DNA from: an uncultured Nitrososphaeraceae archaeon | GTDB taxonomy: Archaea > Thermoproteota > Nitrososphaeria > Nitrososphaerales > Nitrososphaeraceae | DNA length: 64,000 bases | NCBI GenBank assembly: GCA_963779615.1 | Contig: CAVZZA010000005.1 | Location: 815,688-879,687 of the forward strand | Reading direction: 5' to 3' | In this document: one piece after another, positions 21,774-33,016 of the stretch | Position numbering within the stretch: position 1 is the stretch's first letter | Layout: every line of letters starts with the position of its first letter | The notes under the pieces: model-generated | Databases searched by the model: none | Seen by the model: only the letters and a program-made list of their open reading frames with translations | Told to the model about the DNA's origin: nothing | Position numbers and translations under genes: made by a program

Positions 21774-22576
21774 TTATAAATAAAATATTCTCAAGGTTGA
21801 AATCCTAGATTATGTTATATGATTGTATCTTTTACTTCCTTTCTTCTTTGATTAATCTTTGATTATCCTAAATCCTGTAATTGTATATTCTAAAATGTCG
21901 AGTGTAACTAATTTGTATTCCCCATTTCTAAATTTATTATGGACTGCATAAACATGAAATTTTATTTTTGAATAATGACACTAATTCATCGTTAAATCGT
22001 GATTCTCATTGAAATAAAGGCCAATATTCTGATATTCAAATCCATAGTATGTCATGAAGTTCGGTTTAATCTTATTGCCTATATTTTATTTATCTGTCGT
22101 ACATGCATGTTGCACATGCTCAGAGTCTTACGGATTCCATAAATAATGCAGTAAATAACGACATTGCGAACACATTTGACTAGATATGAGAATACAGAGA
22201 GCACCACAACTGAGAAGGACCATAATCAGTTCAATTAGATAAGATCTGCGTCTAGAGAACACCGAATGGAAAATGTTGATAAATGATGTTGATGGGTGAT
22301 GATAATGAAAAGAAAAAAGCTAACGAAAAGGAGGAGAAATAGTCAGTCTATAAAAACAGGTTATTAGATCTAAATACTTGGACTACTCATCTGTGGTATG
22401 AGTCAATGCATTAGCTATTACTTGTCATAGCAATTTCTGTTAGCTCATTTGTGGTTCTAATACAAAATTACAGTAATAAGTCAAAAAGTGATCGCTTTAG
22501 AGTGGCGTTGGACATTGATTATACAATATAAGATAAGATGATATACAAGGAGAATGCTATCAATATCTACTTAATT

Positions 22577-23048
22577 TCAATAACGCGTAATGAATCGACA
22601 CTGTGAAGAGTTTGAATTGCTAACTCCCGATCCACTCCGCATGGATTTTCTGGGATCAGGGTCACCAATCATTTCCATCAATACAATTGGCGTAACTTGC
22701 CATGCTATTCCATATTTATCTTTCAACCAGCCACACTGTATCTTTTGTCCTCCTGTGGATAGTTTTTCCCAGTATTCAACCCACCTCTTGCTGGATATTA
22801 CAGTTTACCATAAAAGATATTGATTCTGTGAATTCAGATCGGGTCCCACCATTTAATGCCACGAATCCATGGCCATCAAGTTCAAAAGATACCCTCATTA
22901 CACTGCCTTTCGGCCCAGGTCCTGCTTCACCATAATAAATAATTTTCTTGACTTTGGAATTTTTGAACATCGAGACATAAAATTTGGCCGCAGCCTCAGA
23001 CTGGTTGTCAAACCACAGAAATGGGCTGATTCTTTGTATGTTTTACAT
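22577..23048 (-). pseudogene. VOC/PhnB (3-demethylubiquinone-9 3-methyltransferase-like) family, disrupted
   Basis: QRISPFLWFDNQSEAAAKFY, FVALNGG, ESISFMVNC, then QCGWLKDKYGIAWQV in another frame; stop codon immediately after the ATG. Confidence 0.88.
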
Positions 23049-23397
23049 TTAAGATGGACTCTCCGTTTCATCTATACCTAGTTTGTTCATCAAATACCCA
23101 TACCTTGTATGATATAAAAATCAGAAAGGGGGCAAAAGTATGGTAGTGATTCATAAGAATGACAATAATAACTTTCAAATGGAATGAACATTTTGACTTG
23201 TGCTTAAAACAGGAGTACTCAATTCTTTATCTATGGGCATATGGCGACAATCTATTTCAAAACTATGGATTGACATTTCACCATTCACTCCCTATGAGTA
23301 TATCGAGGTATGCAATAAAGCATGTTTGAATTCAAGTTTCACAACCTTTCATTATTTCAATATCAAGTTTATACTGAACTAATTTTTACGAATATGC

Positions 23398-24456
23398 TGG
23401 TGTGTTGAATAACTACTTTCTCAAACGAGCTATATAGCTCCTTTTAGTAGAATGGATGTTGTCTGATAACTCCAGGAAGGACAAAAAGAAAAAACCAAAG
23501 AGGAAGGTTAACTGGCGTGAATATAATGAGTCTCTTGTTAGACGAGGTGAAATGTTGTTTGATTCTGGTTTTTTACAGAACTGGCGAGCAGAGCTAAAGA
23601 AAATGAACAAAGGAAAGGAAGGCCCTCACTTTCGCTACCCGAATTCCTTGATATCGCTGCTCGCCATCGTACATGCGTACCTACTTCCATACCGTCAATT
23701 AGAGGGCTTTCTTCGAATGATGTCAATTCATATAAAGAAGCTCCGGGAAACAGTACCAGATTTCACAACAATCTGGTGGAGAGTAGAAAGGACAAAGATA
23801 AACCTGGATCCAAACATAAATCCAGAAAAAGACGACATAGTGATAGCAGTTGACAGCACTGGTATCAAGGTAACAAACAGAGGCGAATGGATACTTGACA
23901 AATGGAAGAATAAAAAAAGGATGAGGAAAGGATTTATCAAAATACACGTAGCCGTAGACATAAAGACAAAGAAGATTGTGTAAATGAGTGTAACAAAAGA
24001 AGATGTTTATGATGGAAAGATGTTGAAAGAGTTGGTCGATGGTGTTTCTAAAAAGCATTCCATCAAAAAGGTATTGGCAGATGGGGGTTATGATTCTAAA
24101 GACAATTTTGGGTATCTTGATAGACTGAATATATTACCGGTCATCAAAGTAAGAAAAAATTCATCGGTTAAGAACAACACCAGATGCATTCCACGAAAAC
24201 TATCAGTAATGCAGCAACTTGAAGATATAAAGCGATGGAAGAAAAGACACGGATATGGCATGCGATGGATGGCCGAATCTGCATTCTCCTCCATCAAAAG
24301 AATGTTTGGTGAATACGCACATTCTGCAAAGTGGAACAACATCGTAAATGAACTGATGTTAAAGGCATCGATCTATAACTTGTTTATGGACAAGATGACG
24401 ACATGATGCAACACTAGCATAATTGGTTGTATCCAAATTAGTTATTCGACAGAGCA
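23398..24456 (+). mobile_element. IS5-family insertion sequence (ISH1-like) with 18-bp imperfect TIRs and an 8-bp target-site duplication
   Basis: Left end TGGTGTGTTGAATAACTA versus reverse complement of right end TGCTCTGTCGAATAACTA (15/18); GAATATGC directly repeated at 23390-23397 and 24457-24464. Confidence 0.92.
23456..24406 (+). pseudogene. IS5-family DDE transposase with one in-frame TAA (23981-23983)
   Basis: NWREYNESLVRRGE, PDFTTI, AVDSTGIKV, KIHVAVD, LADGGYDS, YGMRWMAESAFSSIKR. Confidence 0.92.
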
Positions 24457-24536
24457 GAATATGCCATAACTGAACTGCAGTTAAATATGAGTTACCCGGA
24501 GTAACTAACTTATAGCAGTATTGGATAATTATATTT

Positions 24537-25109
24537 GTGAAGAGAGATTCTTATGCCTGTAGTAAATGCAAACAAAGTTTTGGTAGAAAATATAATGCAG
24601 AGCGCCATAATGAGCGAATGCATGATGGCTTAGCCACTATCGACAATAAAGAAATCAAACCTGTTTCTTCGCTTGAGACAAAAACAAAACATGTATTTTA
24701 TAAAAACAAGTTCAAGCATTTTCGAACACATCCACCCACTTTAAAAGATGATTTCATTTATGAGTTGCTTTCCAAATATGCCAGTTTTGAATCTGGTGTC
24801 GATGAGCTTAAAATCATGAGAGTCTTTGGCCAGTTATGTCCCCATTTTGAGGAACTTGAAAAGTTATTGTCTAATCACAAAGAAAATGAAAAAGCAGGTA
24901 TCCTTACTCGAATTCTTACTTCCTGTTTCAGTTCTTATAGGCCGGTTAAATCTTTGGAAGACACAGTCAAAATATATCGATCAGTAGAAGGTTTAAAAAA
25001 AATGGCCAAATATTATGCAAAATCCAAGAGTATTTCATCGGAGATGGCAACAAAATCTTTAATGGAATTAGTTAAAAATGGTGCTTATTTTAAAAATAAC
25101 ATTAATTGA
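24537..25109 (+). CDS. Hypothetical protein with N-terminal C2H2 zinc finger
   Basis: YACSKCKQSFGRKYNAERHNERMH. Confidence 0.7.
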   Translation: MKRDSYACSKCKQSFGRKYNAERHNERMHDGLATIDNKEIKPVSSLETKTKHVFYKNKFKHFRTHPPTLKDDFIYELLSKYASFESGVDELKIMRVFGQLCPHFEELEKLLSNHKENEKAGILTRILTSCFSSYRPVKSLEDTVKIYRSVEGLKKMAKYYAKSKSISSEMATKSLMELVKNGAYFKNNIN

Positions 25110-25970
25110 TTTATTGTGAATGTCATGTTTACAAATCTACCGCTTTTCCTTATCGTCGGTTTATTTTATGCTAGCAAATTTGTTAACAATTTAATTTTAT
25201 TCTGGATCTAAACTTCTAATTTTTTGTTAACAATTTGGCTTTCCAAACTTAAATTTGTCGAAACCTTCCAAAACGATGTCGATGGACTGAACGGGAAAAA
25301 TTTTAAATTTTTCAAAATTTTTCAGGTTAAAATAATATGCAATTTGAGCATTACTATGAAAATCATATGAATAAAAATTGGATAATCCGCAAATATAGAT
25401 ATTTTTATTAATTCAAAAACGATATGAATAGCAAAGAATTGGAAGAAGATGAATCCCCTTTCACCGGAACAACCATGAAAAAATACAAAAGGCAAATGGT
25501 TTGAGCTTGTGACAGTGTGAGTGTGACAAGATTCTGTCACACGCAAAAATATAACTAGGTATAGACACACAGAAAAACAATGCTTGTTTGTAGATATTAG
25601 CCATTAACAACGACAAATAGAAATAAGACAATAAGAACAGCTAAAGTATCAAATCAAATTATGCCATATGTTACGTGCATGGGATGCAAATCAAATGCCA
25701 ATAAACAAGAAAACAAACTGGGACATTCTTGGCTGCAGAATCAATACCAGAATCCAAAATCATATTAATTCCTGTTATAGTAAATTTTTTCTTAGAGGGT
25801 ATATAAATAATAAAGATTTACAATCGGTTTAAATCATGGAGATCTTTTGAATCTAATTGAAAAAAATAAAACAAAGGATGCTTATGGATCATTGGGTATA
25901 TTTCTTCATTTAGTTGTGTCAACATAGTACATGTATTATTATTGATAATGATAAAGCAAGAGGATGTAAA

Positions 25971-26457
25971 TTGTTAATAAAAAAGATTCTAGTGCCATTT
26001 GATAATATAAAATATTCAGAAAAGTGTCTCCTATGTGCTGTAAATTTAACTAAAATAGTTTTCCAATGGAGTAGGGGGAAACCTACTGTTAGTATTCTCT
26101 TATCACACGTAATTCAGGAATCACCCATCACTAAATCTCGATAAGCCAGTTAGGAGCAAAGCGACATCATTGAGTCAACTCGCTTTAGCTATATATATCG
26201 AAATGGAAGACGATATGAAAAAAGTCATCAAAGAAAAAATTATCGAATTTGAACCGACAGAGGGAGTTAAAATAGAATATTCCATACTGTATGGTAACCC
26301 TGCAAATGAAATTGTGGATTACGCTACAAAAAATAAGGTAGATTTGCTAATAATGGGAAGTAATGGTCTGCAAGGATTGGCCAAGATAAAGGGATTGGGA
26401 AGTGTATCTAGAAAAGTGTCAGAAAGGGTATCGTGCCCTATTACAATAATACGATAG
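25971..26457 (+). pseudogene. Universal stress protein (UspA family), disrupted
   Basis: IKKILVPFD in the first ORF; GNPANEIVDYA...VDLLIMGSNG...LGSVSRKVSERVSCPITIIR in the second. Confidence 0.85.
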
Positions 26458-26560
26458 ATAGAGACAAATTTACTTGTCTCATTTATTTTCTACTAAAATA
26501 ATCAGAAATATCAAGGATTTAAAACAGTCTCCATAGAGATTAATTGAGTGCATAAGAATC

Positions 26561-27859
26561 ATGAGTTTTAAATTTCATGATAGGTCATCAAGACATAAGA
26601 AAAATAGGACGGTTGAAAATGTCTTGGTATTACAGGGTGGTGGTTCTCTTGGTGCCTTTGCATGTGGGGTATTTAAGGCTTTGGTTAAGGAACATATCAA
26701 GATAGATGTAGTTGCTGGAACATCAATTGGAGCTATCAATGCGGCAATCATAGCTGGTAGTAAAAGCAATCAACCAGAGGTAGACCTAGAAAACTTCTGG
26801 ATAGAATTGGCAGAAAGTAGCTATGAAATCATTCCCAATTATTTAACATTTTTCTATGATTTTCAAAAAAATGCAATGAATTTGCGAAATAACCCTTCTG
26901 GATCGACTAATGCGGCAGCATTAGGTGTACCCAAAATGTTCCTTCCAAGATGGAATCCTGTTTATATATTTCAAGACAGGGACTATTTCATACCTCAAAA
27001 CTGGACCTATTACTATGATAATACTCCCTTAGTAAAGACCCTTGAAAAATACATTGACTATCAAAGATTGGCTCCAGATACAATTAAAGGGAATAAAAAA
27101 AAGAATAATTCTGGAATAGATTCTAATTCCAAAATTAGACTAATAGTTACTGCTGTAAATGTACTTACAGCTGAACCATTAGTTTTTGATAGCGATCGCT
27201 CGTCTATCGTTTCCAAACATCTGTTAGCAAGCTGTGGATATCCAAATTATGGATTTCCTTGGGTTGAAATAGAGAAAGGAGTTTACGGATGGGATGGAAG
27301 TTTACTAAGCAATACTCCAGTAAGAGAAGTTATTGCTTCATCCCCACGAAATGATAAGAACATCTTCATTGTTGAAAATTATAGTAGGAAAATAGATAGA
27401 TTGCCTGCCAATATGACGGAGGTATTGGATAGGGCAAAAGATATCATGTTCAGTGATAAAACCATCCATAGTCTAAAAATGGCAAAGGTCATGACTAGAC
27501 AAATACAATTGATAGAAAAACTTTACGAATACTTTGAAAAATCAGAGAATAAAACTATCTTACATAATGGTAATGTCGGCGGAAAAACTATTGATATAGG
27601 TAATGATTATACCTTCACATACAACGAAGTTGAAAAAATAAGGAAAGAGTATAAGAATCTTGTTCATAACCGTGGCGCAGAAATACTTTCAGTAACAAGA
27701 ATATTGCGTAGCAGAATTGAAAATCCTCATGTTTCAAAGAATGCAGATTTTTCTGTTAAAACAATAAAGCAAATGATATCAGAAGGTGAAAGAAAAACTT
27801 TGCAACAAATAAAGGAATTTAGAGAAAATAATGAATATAATTACCATTCACACCTATAA
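26561..27859 (+). CDS. Patatin-like phospholipase/esterase (DUF3734-type)
   Basis: VLQGGGSLGAF oxyanion loop, GTSIG nucleophile, WDGSLLSNTP catalytic Asp, C-terminal ADFS. Confidence 0.92.
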   Translation: MSFKFHDRSSRHKKNRTVENVLVLQGGGSLGAFACGVFKALVKEHIKIDVVAGTSIGAINAAIIAGSKSNQPEVDLENFWIELAESSYEIIPNYLTFFYDFQKNAMNLRNNPSGSTNAAALGVPKMFLPRWNPVYIFQDRDYFIPQNWTYYYDNTPLVKTLEKYIDYQRLAPDTIKGNKKKNNSGIDSNSKIRLIVTAVNVLTAEPLVFDSDRSSIVSKHLLASCGYPNYGFPWVEIEKGVYGWDGSLLSNTPVREVIASSPRNDKNIFIVENYSRKIDRLPANMTEVLDRAKDIMFSDKTIHSLKMAKVMTRQIQLIEKLYEYFEKSENKTILHNGNVGGKTIDIGNDYTFTYNEVEKIRKEYKNLVHNRGAEILSVTRILRSRIENPHVSKNADFSVKTIKQMISEGERKTLQQIKEFRENNEYNYHSHL

Positions 27860-28151
27860 TTACTAGATGGCATATATCAAATATTAAGGGAAAGAAGATT
27901 AACAAAATTTAAAATTATTATCGATAATCCCAAGATACGACTTGATACGTGGATTAATACCGTCTCAACAAATGATAAAATGAATTATTCTTAAATATAA
28001 ACAAGATGATATAGTATATGATGAAGGTAAATACTACAGAAGAACAATTATCGTACCTATCCGAATTAACCGTAGAAAAAAGAAGTGGAAACTCTGAAAA
28101 ATTTAGTGAGGAAAACTAATTAGAGGAATTAGCAGGGCCGGTACGCCTTTC

Positions 28152-28457
28152 ATGCTTGCCAAAGATATTTCAAAATCAATAATTAGTAAGTTGGCTGAGA
28201 ATCCTCCTATTGATAATCTCATCTATTCAAGTAAAATCAGAGAACATGTTACTGAAGAATTGAAACAAAGAAATCAAGGTACAATTGCTGAGTCATATGT
28301 AGGATATAGCAAAAATAGTGTTACATCTATCAATGAAGAACAACTACACAATAGTAAATACGATTCAAAAGTATCTCAAACTGCATATACAAAATCAAAA
28401 CAGTTTGCTAAAGACAAGGATAATACCTCAGGAAGAGGATCAAAAACGGGAATTTAA
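28152..28457 (+). CDS. Hypothetical protein, possibly a fragment
   Basis: 101-aa ORF; an upstream piece from about 28018 ends in a stop; no recognisable motif. Confidence 0.3.
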   Translation: MLAKDISKSIISKLAENPPIDNLIYSSKIREHVTEELKQRNQGTIAESYVGYSKNSVTSINEEQLHNSKYDSKVSQTAYTKSKQFAKDKDNTSGRGSKTGI

Positions 28458-28491
28458 TAAAGGATCATTTCTTTTTCTGGCTACGAATATT

Positions 28492-28875
28492 TTACACTTT
28501 TCTATCCATAGAAGATAATTCCCTCTTGTAAGATTTCTTTAACCATATGGGTGTGATTATTGTTGTAATCGCTACCATTATGATTATAGCTGTATAAATA
28601 TCAGTAGAGAGTGCTCCTGATGTTACTCCAACACCAGCTACTATGAGGCCTACTTCACCTCTTGATACCATCCCTATTCCCACTCTAATTGATTTTGTCT
28701 TATCTTTGAGATACAATATAGATGGCAATCCGCATCCTAATAGCTTTGTAGAAATTGCTATTACTATAATTATCCCTGCAATAATTAATACATCGATGTT
28801 AACACCTCTTAGATCCACTTGAACACCTATTATTGCAAAAAATAAAGGTGCAAAAATAAACTGCAGTTTACGATT
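28492..28875 (-). pseudogene. C-terminal fragment of a CPA2 cation:proton antiporter
   Basis: KLQFIFAPLFFAIIG...SRGEVGLIVAGVG...ITPIWLKK, nearly the same protein sequence as the C-terminus of 33557-34768. Confidence 0.88.
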
Positions 28876-28993
28876 ATATTCATAATGGCCGAATTTGCAA
28901 CGGGATTCTCTCTCCACTTGTAAAAAATTGGTCTCATTCTACTCATATATACCATGCGTAAGGCTTTTAATTATTAACACAATACATAAACAA

Positions 28994-29581
28994 GTGGGCC
29001 GCACAATACCTTCCTTCAGACAACTACTAGAGATTGAGAAACTGGATTGGTCTGATTTTAAGAAATCACTACCAACCAAAAAAGACAAACAGGCGTTTGA
29101 CAAGATATTCGAGAACGCGAAATTATACACATCTTACTTATCCAATGCGGTAAACCCAATTGTTTTTGAATCGGTTGTGATGGGAGACCTTTTTCGTAAT
29201 TATAAAGCGCTATTAGCGATCAGCAAGAAAGAATGCAAAGTCAATGATGATGTGGTTGAAGAGGAAATAAGATTATTGGAAGAAAATAAAACACAAGGGA
29301 AAAAACTGCTTGACAGAACTTGCAAAAAGTGGCAGGGCCTGATAGATGCCTTGCATATGGAGGACTGCCAGCTGCTATTAAAAATGATACTGGAAACATG
29401 CATTTATAATGGATATTGTAATCTGGTAACAGATATTGAGAATTCAGAATCTTCTATTGACTATTTCTTCCTTTTAACGGCCATAATACATCAGCAAAAA
29501 CTAATCAACAAAATAAACAAGAATTATGGTATTGAAGGCTCAATGAATAAAACCTTGTTTGACTTTATGCACAATCAATAA
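28994..29581 (+). CDS. Hypothetical helical protein with a GRTIPSFR motif and an apparent internal duplication
   Basis: GTG start at 28994; GRTIPSFRQLLEIEKLDWSDFKKSL...DKQAFDKIF, with a second unit KKWQGLIDALHMEDCQLL. Confidence 0.6.
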   Translation: MGRTIPSFRQLLEIEKLDWSDFKKSLPTKKDKQAFDKIFENAKLYTSYLSNAVNPIVFESVVMGDLFRNYKALLAISKKECKVNDDVVEEEIRLLEENKTQGKKLLDRTCKKWQGLIDALHMEDCQLLLKMILETCIYNGYCNLVTDIENSESSIDYFFLLTAIIHQQKLINKINKNYGIEGSMNKTLFDFMHNQ

Positions 29582-30178
29582 AAAAGAATACCTTAAGGAA
29601 CAGTTATGGATACACCCCCTTTTGAAATTTCATCTATAAAGCTGTAATTGTGTTCGTAATTGCACAAGTCTTTGACTCATCAGGATGAATTCTCTATGGG
29701 CCGAAAGGGATGCAATACAAATTTGGGTTAAATTATGGATTCGTTTTCATATCGAATAATCCGTTTTTTAATATATTATAAACAAGTTAAGCATTGGCGG
29801 TGGGACTTGAACCCTTTAGCGCTACTTGTGGGTTCATAAAAAATTTGATAATTTTATTTATGGAAAATTGTGAAGGGAATGGGATTTGAACTCGCTATTT
29901 GCATTCACGGTTCACATATTGAACTAATAAAAGTATCTTTTATGATGATAGATGCATTCTACAGTCCAAGGTATCGTGTTGCCTATGGAAGAGGTCATTG
30001 TTGGTTTCCAGCACTGATAAATATGTACGGAGGAAGGATGTGATTCAATAGTGAACGGAACCTAAACCGGGTTTATTTGCATCTTAATAAAATTATTAAC
30101 CTATAAGTTTAAATAAGATATTTAATTGTGATAAAGAATGAACCGTATTTTTGCTTTTCAATAAAAAAAAGGATTATT

Positions 30179-30757
30179 TTATCCCTGTATTTTTGCCGGG
30201 CTTATGTAGTAAATATTTCCCTCATCATATGCCGCATTTATCACAATATTGTATTTGCCGCTCTTAACATTGTCAGAAATAGTTGTTTTAAGGCTACAGT
30301 CAATCAAGGGCTCAGAACATCTTTCACTTTCAATGGTTTTGATTTTATCTGCCTTGTTTTTGGCAATATCTATGTTCTTTTCTTTTTTGTCCACAAGGTA
30401 CACGTTAATGGATTTATAATCTCCATGCCTGGCAGTTTGATCACAGTCTTTCTCCTCGCACTTGAATTTTATGGTCAAATCGTCGCCTGTAGACAGTTTT
30501 ATGTCTTTGGTGTTGCTTGCGTCACGATTCTCCGTAATTGCTAGTGTGTTATCGTCATTTATCGCCACATCATAGTTGCCATCAATGTTGTATTTCTTGC
30601 CATCCGTTTTAACTACTGCTTCAGCGAACCCTCCATGTACCCCTTTTTTGCTGTCACCTTTTGAGTACGCCAATTGGGGAGAGGAAGACAAAGCGCCCAT
30701 GGTCATTACAGATCCCACCAATACTAATAAAGATAGTTGCAGTATAATCTTATTCAT
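30179..30757 (-). CDS. Secreted hypothetical protein
   Basis: Signal peptide; Lys/Asp-rich beta domain with two Cys pairs. Confidence 0.7.
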   Translation of the reverse strand: MNKIILQLSLLVLVGSVMTMGALSSSPQLAYSKGDSKKGVHGGFAEAVVKTDGKKYNIDGNYDVAINDDNTLAITENRDASNTKDIKLSTGDDLTIKFKCEEKDCDQTARHGDYKSINVYLVDKKEKNIDIAKNKADKIKTIESERCSEPLIDCSLKTTISDNVKSGKYNIVINAAYDEGNIYYISPAKIQG

Positions 30758-31380
30758 TGACCTTTAATAGCAAAACTCCTATAAAATCATTCTAATTAAA
30801 TTAAATAGAACATATTTTCGAATAAAAAAAATAACGAACAGCCATTCATCGTTAATGAGGCAACACCCTCATAAATGGAAACACATGCAGATGGCTTAAC
30901 CAATCACCAGATTATTAAAAACTTGCCTTTTAGTTTTATGGAGACAATTACTTTCATTTTATAAATTCATTTTATCGTAAAACTCATTTAATGTCATTAT
31001 GATATCAATGCTTTTCTCTACCAAAGTACAGACACAACTAATGGTATCAGAATAAAATGAGTTAGAGTATAAGTTAAAAGATATTTTTTGTATAGGATTT
31101 TCTTTGGTTTGTACTTTTATATCCCGTAATTTTTTATACTTTTGAAACCTCAAAGGCATATGGATATGATATGGGCCGGACAGAATACGGCTTAAATCGC
31201 ATGGAGCATTCTCAATCTAGGTATTTTAAATTCAAAGTCAATCGTAGTCCCCTCTATCCTCACCCATTAAGGTGTGGGCTCAGGGAGATGTCGTTCAAAA
31301 GTGAATTAAACATAAACGAATCTTTTGTGTTATAATACTTTGATGCAATTTTATTAGTATTTTTTGATTGCGCCAGATTT

Positions 31381-32709
31381 TTAACTCTTACTTGTAGGAA
31401 CTATCCTATATAGTGTACCTCTATCCCCGGGCAGGTCAATTGAAAGCACATACAGGTAACCATCAGGCCCGTGTTGCATATCGGTAATTATGCCAAATCC
31501 CTTTCCCCACGTTATCCCCTGGTTTTCCGATTGGGTATTTGCCACCTTGTCGGCTAGCGTGCCATTGAGTACAAACTCGGTCCTATCCTCATTTAGGTTA
31601 AAATGATAAATATTTCCATTGTTGGCGCCAGCCACAAATAAAGTATTTTGGTACTGCACACCCAACTTATCAGACGGAAAAAACTTGATTGCAGTGGGAG
31701 CAACAGTAACATTCCATGTAAATTTTGGCATAGTGTATGTCCCCTTACCATTAAAGTTTAGCAACATATTTTCTGGATGCAGGTTTTCCTTGCCCATTGA
31801 CCCATTTGTAACCTCCCATATCCCCTGTACTTTAGACCAACCGCTGTTAAACCCCGGCTTTACAAGGTTAATCTCGTCTCCAAATTCAGGCCCATTTTCG
31901 GTGTCCCACAACTGACCGGTAACAGGATCAAAATCCAAACCAAAGCTGTTTCTTATCCCATACGCGTAATAATAACTAGCGGGAGTGCTGTTTCCCAAAA
32001 TTCCTTGCACTGGTTTACCATCCTGGGTGACTCGCAGTATTCCACCCCTTCCGTCAAGCGGCGCTTTTTTTTGGGGCACGTTTGACGCTTGTGTGCTCAT
32101 CCAGCCAAGCTCTCCAAGCACAACATATACGTTTTTGTCAGGTCCAATTGTGACAACACCCCCATTATGGGCAGGCCCTGGCGTAGAAGGCAAGTTTAGC
32201 AACAGCTTTGGATTTACCAATTTGCTGTTGTTATCTATTAAATCATATCTGTACAGGCGGTTTCCAAGAGGGTCATTCCCTGGTTTGCAGCGGGTGGGTG
32301 TATCGCACTCATCTCCTCCATCCCCAGCTTTTGATTCCGTATAGTACAGGAACACACGGGTGGGTGAAGATTTATTATTGCCATGATCACTTTTGTCAAC
32401 AGCAACTCCCAATAATCCCCTCTCAAGCGCATTTGAGACATTAACATCAAGCAATGGTTTGGAATACACATTCCCATTCACAATTCTATCGACCATTCCA
32501 CTGTTTTCCTCCAAAACCAGAATGTCATTCACACCCAAAAATGCTATGTTAGTCGGCGTATTTAGGCCCTCAAAAACCGCCTCAACCTTCAGATTGGGAT
32601 CAAAGACCGTGGGAACTGCGAATGCATGTATCGCATATGAAGAAATAATCAATAGAGAAACAAAAGCAATAGAGAAGGTTATTGTCACCAAATTCTTCAT
32701 CAAACTCAT
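31381..32709 (-). CDS. Secreted PQQ-dependent glucose/sorbosone dehydrogenase-family protein
   Basis: ERGLLGVA, HNGG, YAYGIRNSFGLDFDP, ENGPEFGDEINL, GFNSGW, GPDGYLYVLS. Confidence 0.93.
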   Translation of the reverse strand: MSLMKNLVTITFSIAFVSLLIISSYAIHAFAVPTVFDPNLKVEAVFEGLNTPTNIAFLGVNDILVLEENSGMVDRIVNGNVYSKPLLDVNVSNALERGLLGVAVDKSDHGNNKSSPTRVFLYYTESKAGDGGDECDTPTRCKPGNDPLGNRLYRYDLIDNNSKLVNPKLLLNLPSTPGPAHNGGVVTIGPDKNVYVVLGELGWMSTQASNVPQKKAPLDGRGGILRVTQDGKPVQGILGNSTPASYYYAYGIRNSFGLDFDPVTGQLWDTENGPEFGDEINLVKPGFNSGWSKVQGIWEVTNGSMGKENLHPENMLLNFNGKGTYTMPKFTWNVTVAPTAIKFFPSDKLGVQYQNTLFVAGANNGNIYHFNLNEDRTEFVLNGTLADKVANTQSENQGITWGKGFGIITDMQHGPDGYLYVLSIDLPGDRGTLYRIVPTSKS

Positions 32710-33016
32710 AAAAATACGTTAACTAAAAGTAATAGATGGGACTATTAAGTTTATTAGTTCAATAGCATAATAGAAAACGGATTTTTTATCAGAATCTAAT
32801 TCTCATAACAACCATGGATTCTAAATCATATCAGTCTTATACAGACTACTCCACTATTGGATAATTAATTATATACTAAAAAAGCTGCAGACGGTAATAA
32901 TGACAATTTGCATATCAGGATTTCAACTTATCCCAATCATGCATTTGTCAACGGTTCGACAGTGGTTTGGCTTGGTGCAAAATCATTGATATATTGACCA
33001 TATTATCAATAAACCA

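Noticed and set aside
25170-25325. Repeated TTTGTTAACAATTT palindromes and an AT-rich tract as a replication origin
   Set aside because: No ORB-like G-string and no cdc6/orc1 gene nearby; plausible by chance at this AT content
25661-25768. 35-aa ORF with CxxC (MPYVTCMGCK...)
   Set aside because: Only one Cys pair and no supporting context; cannot be distinguished from a chance ORF
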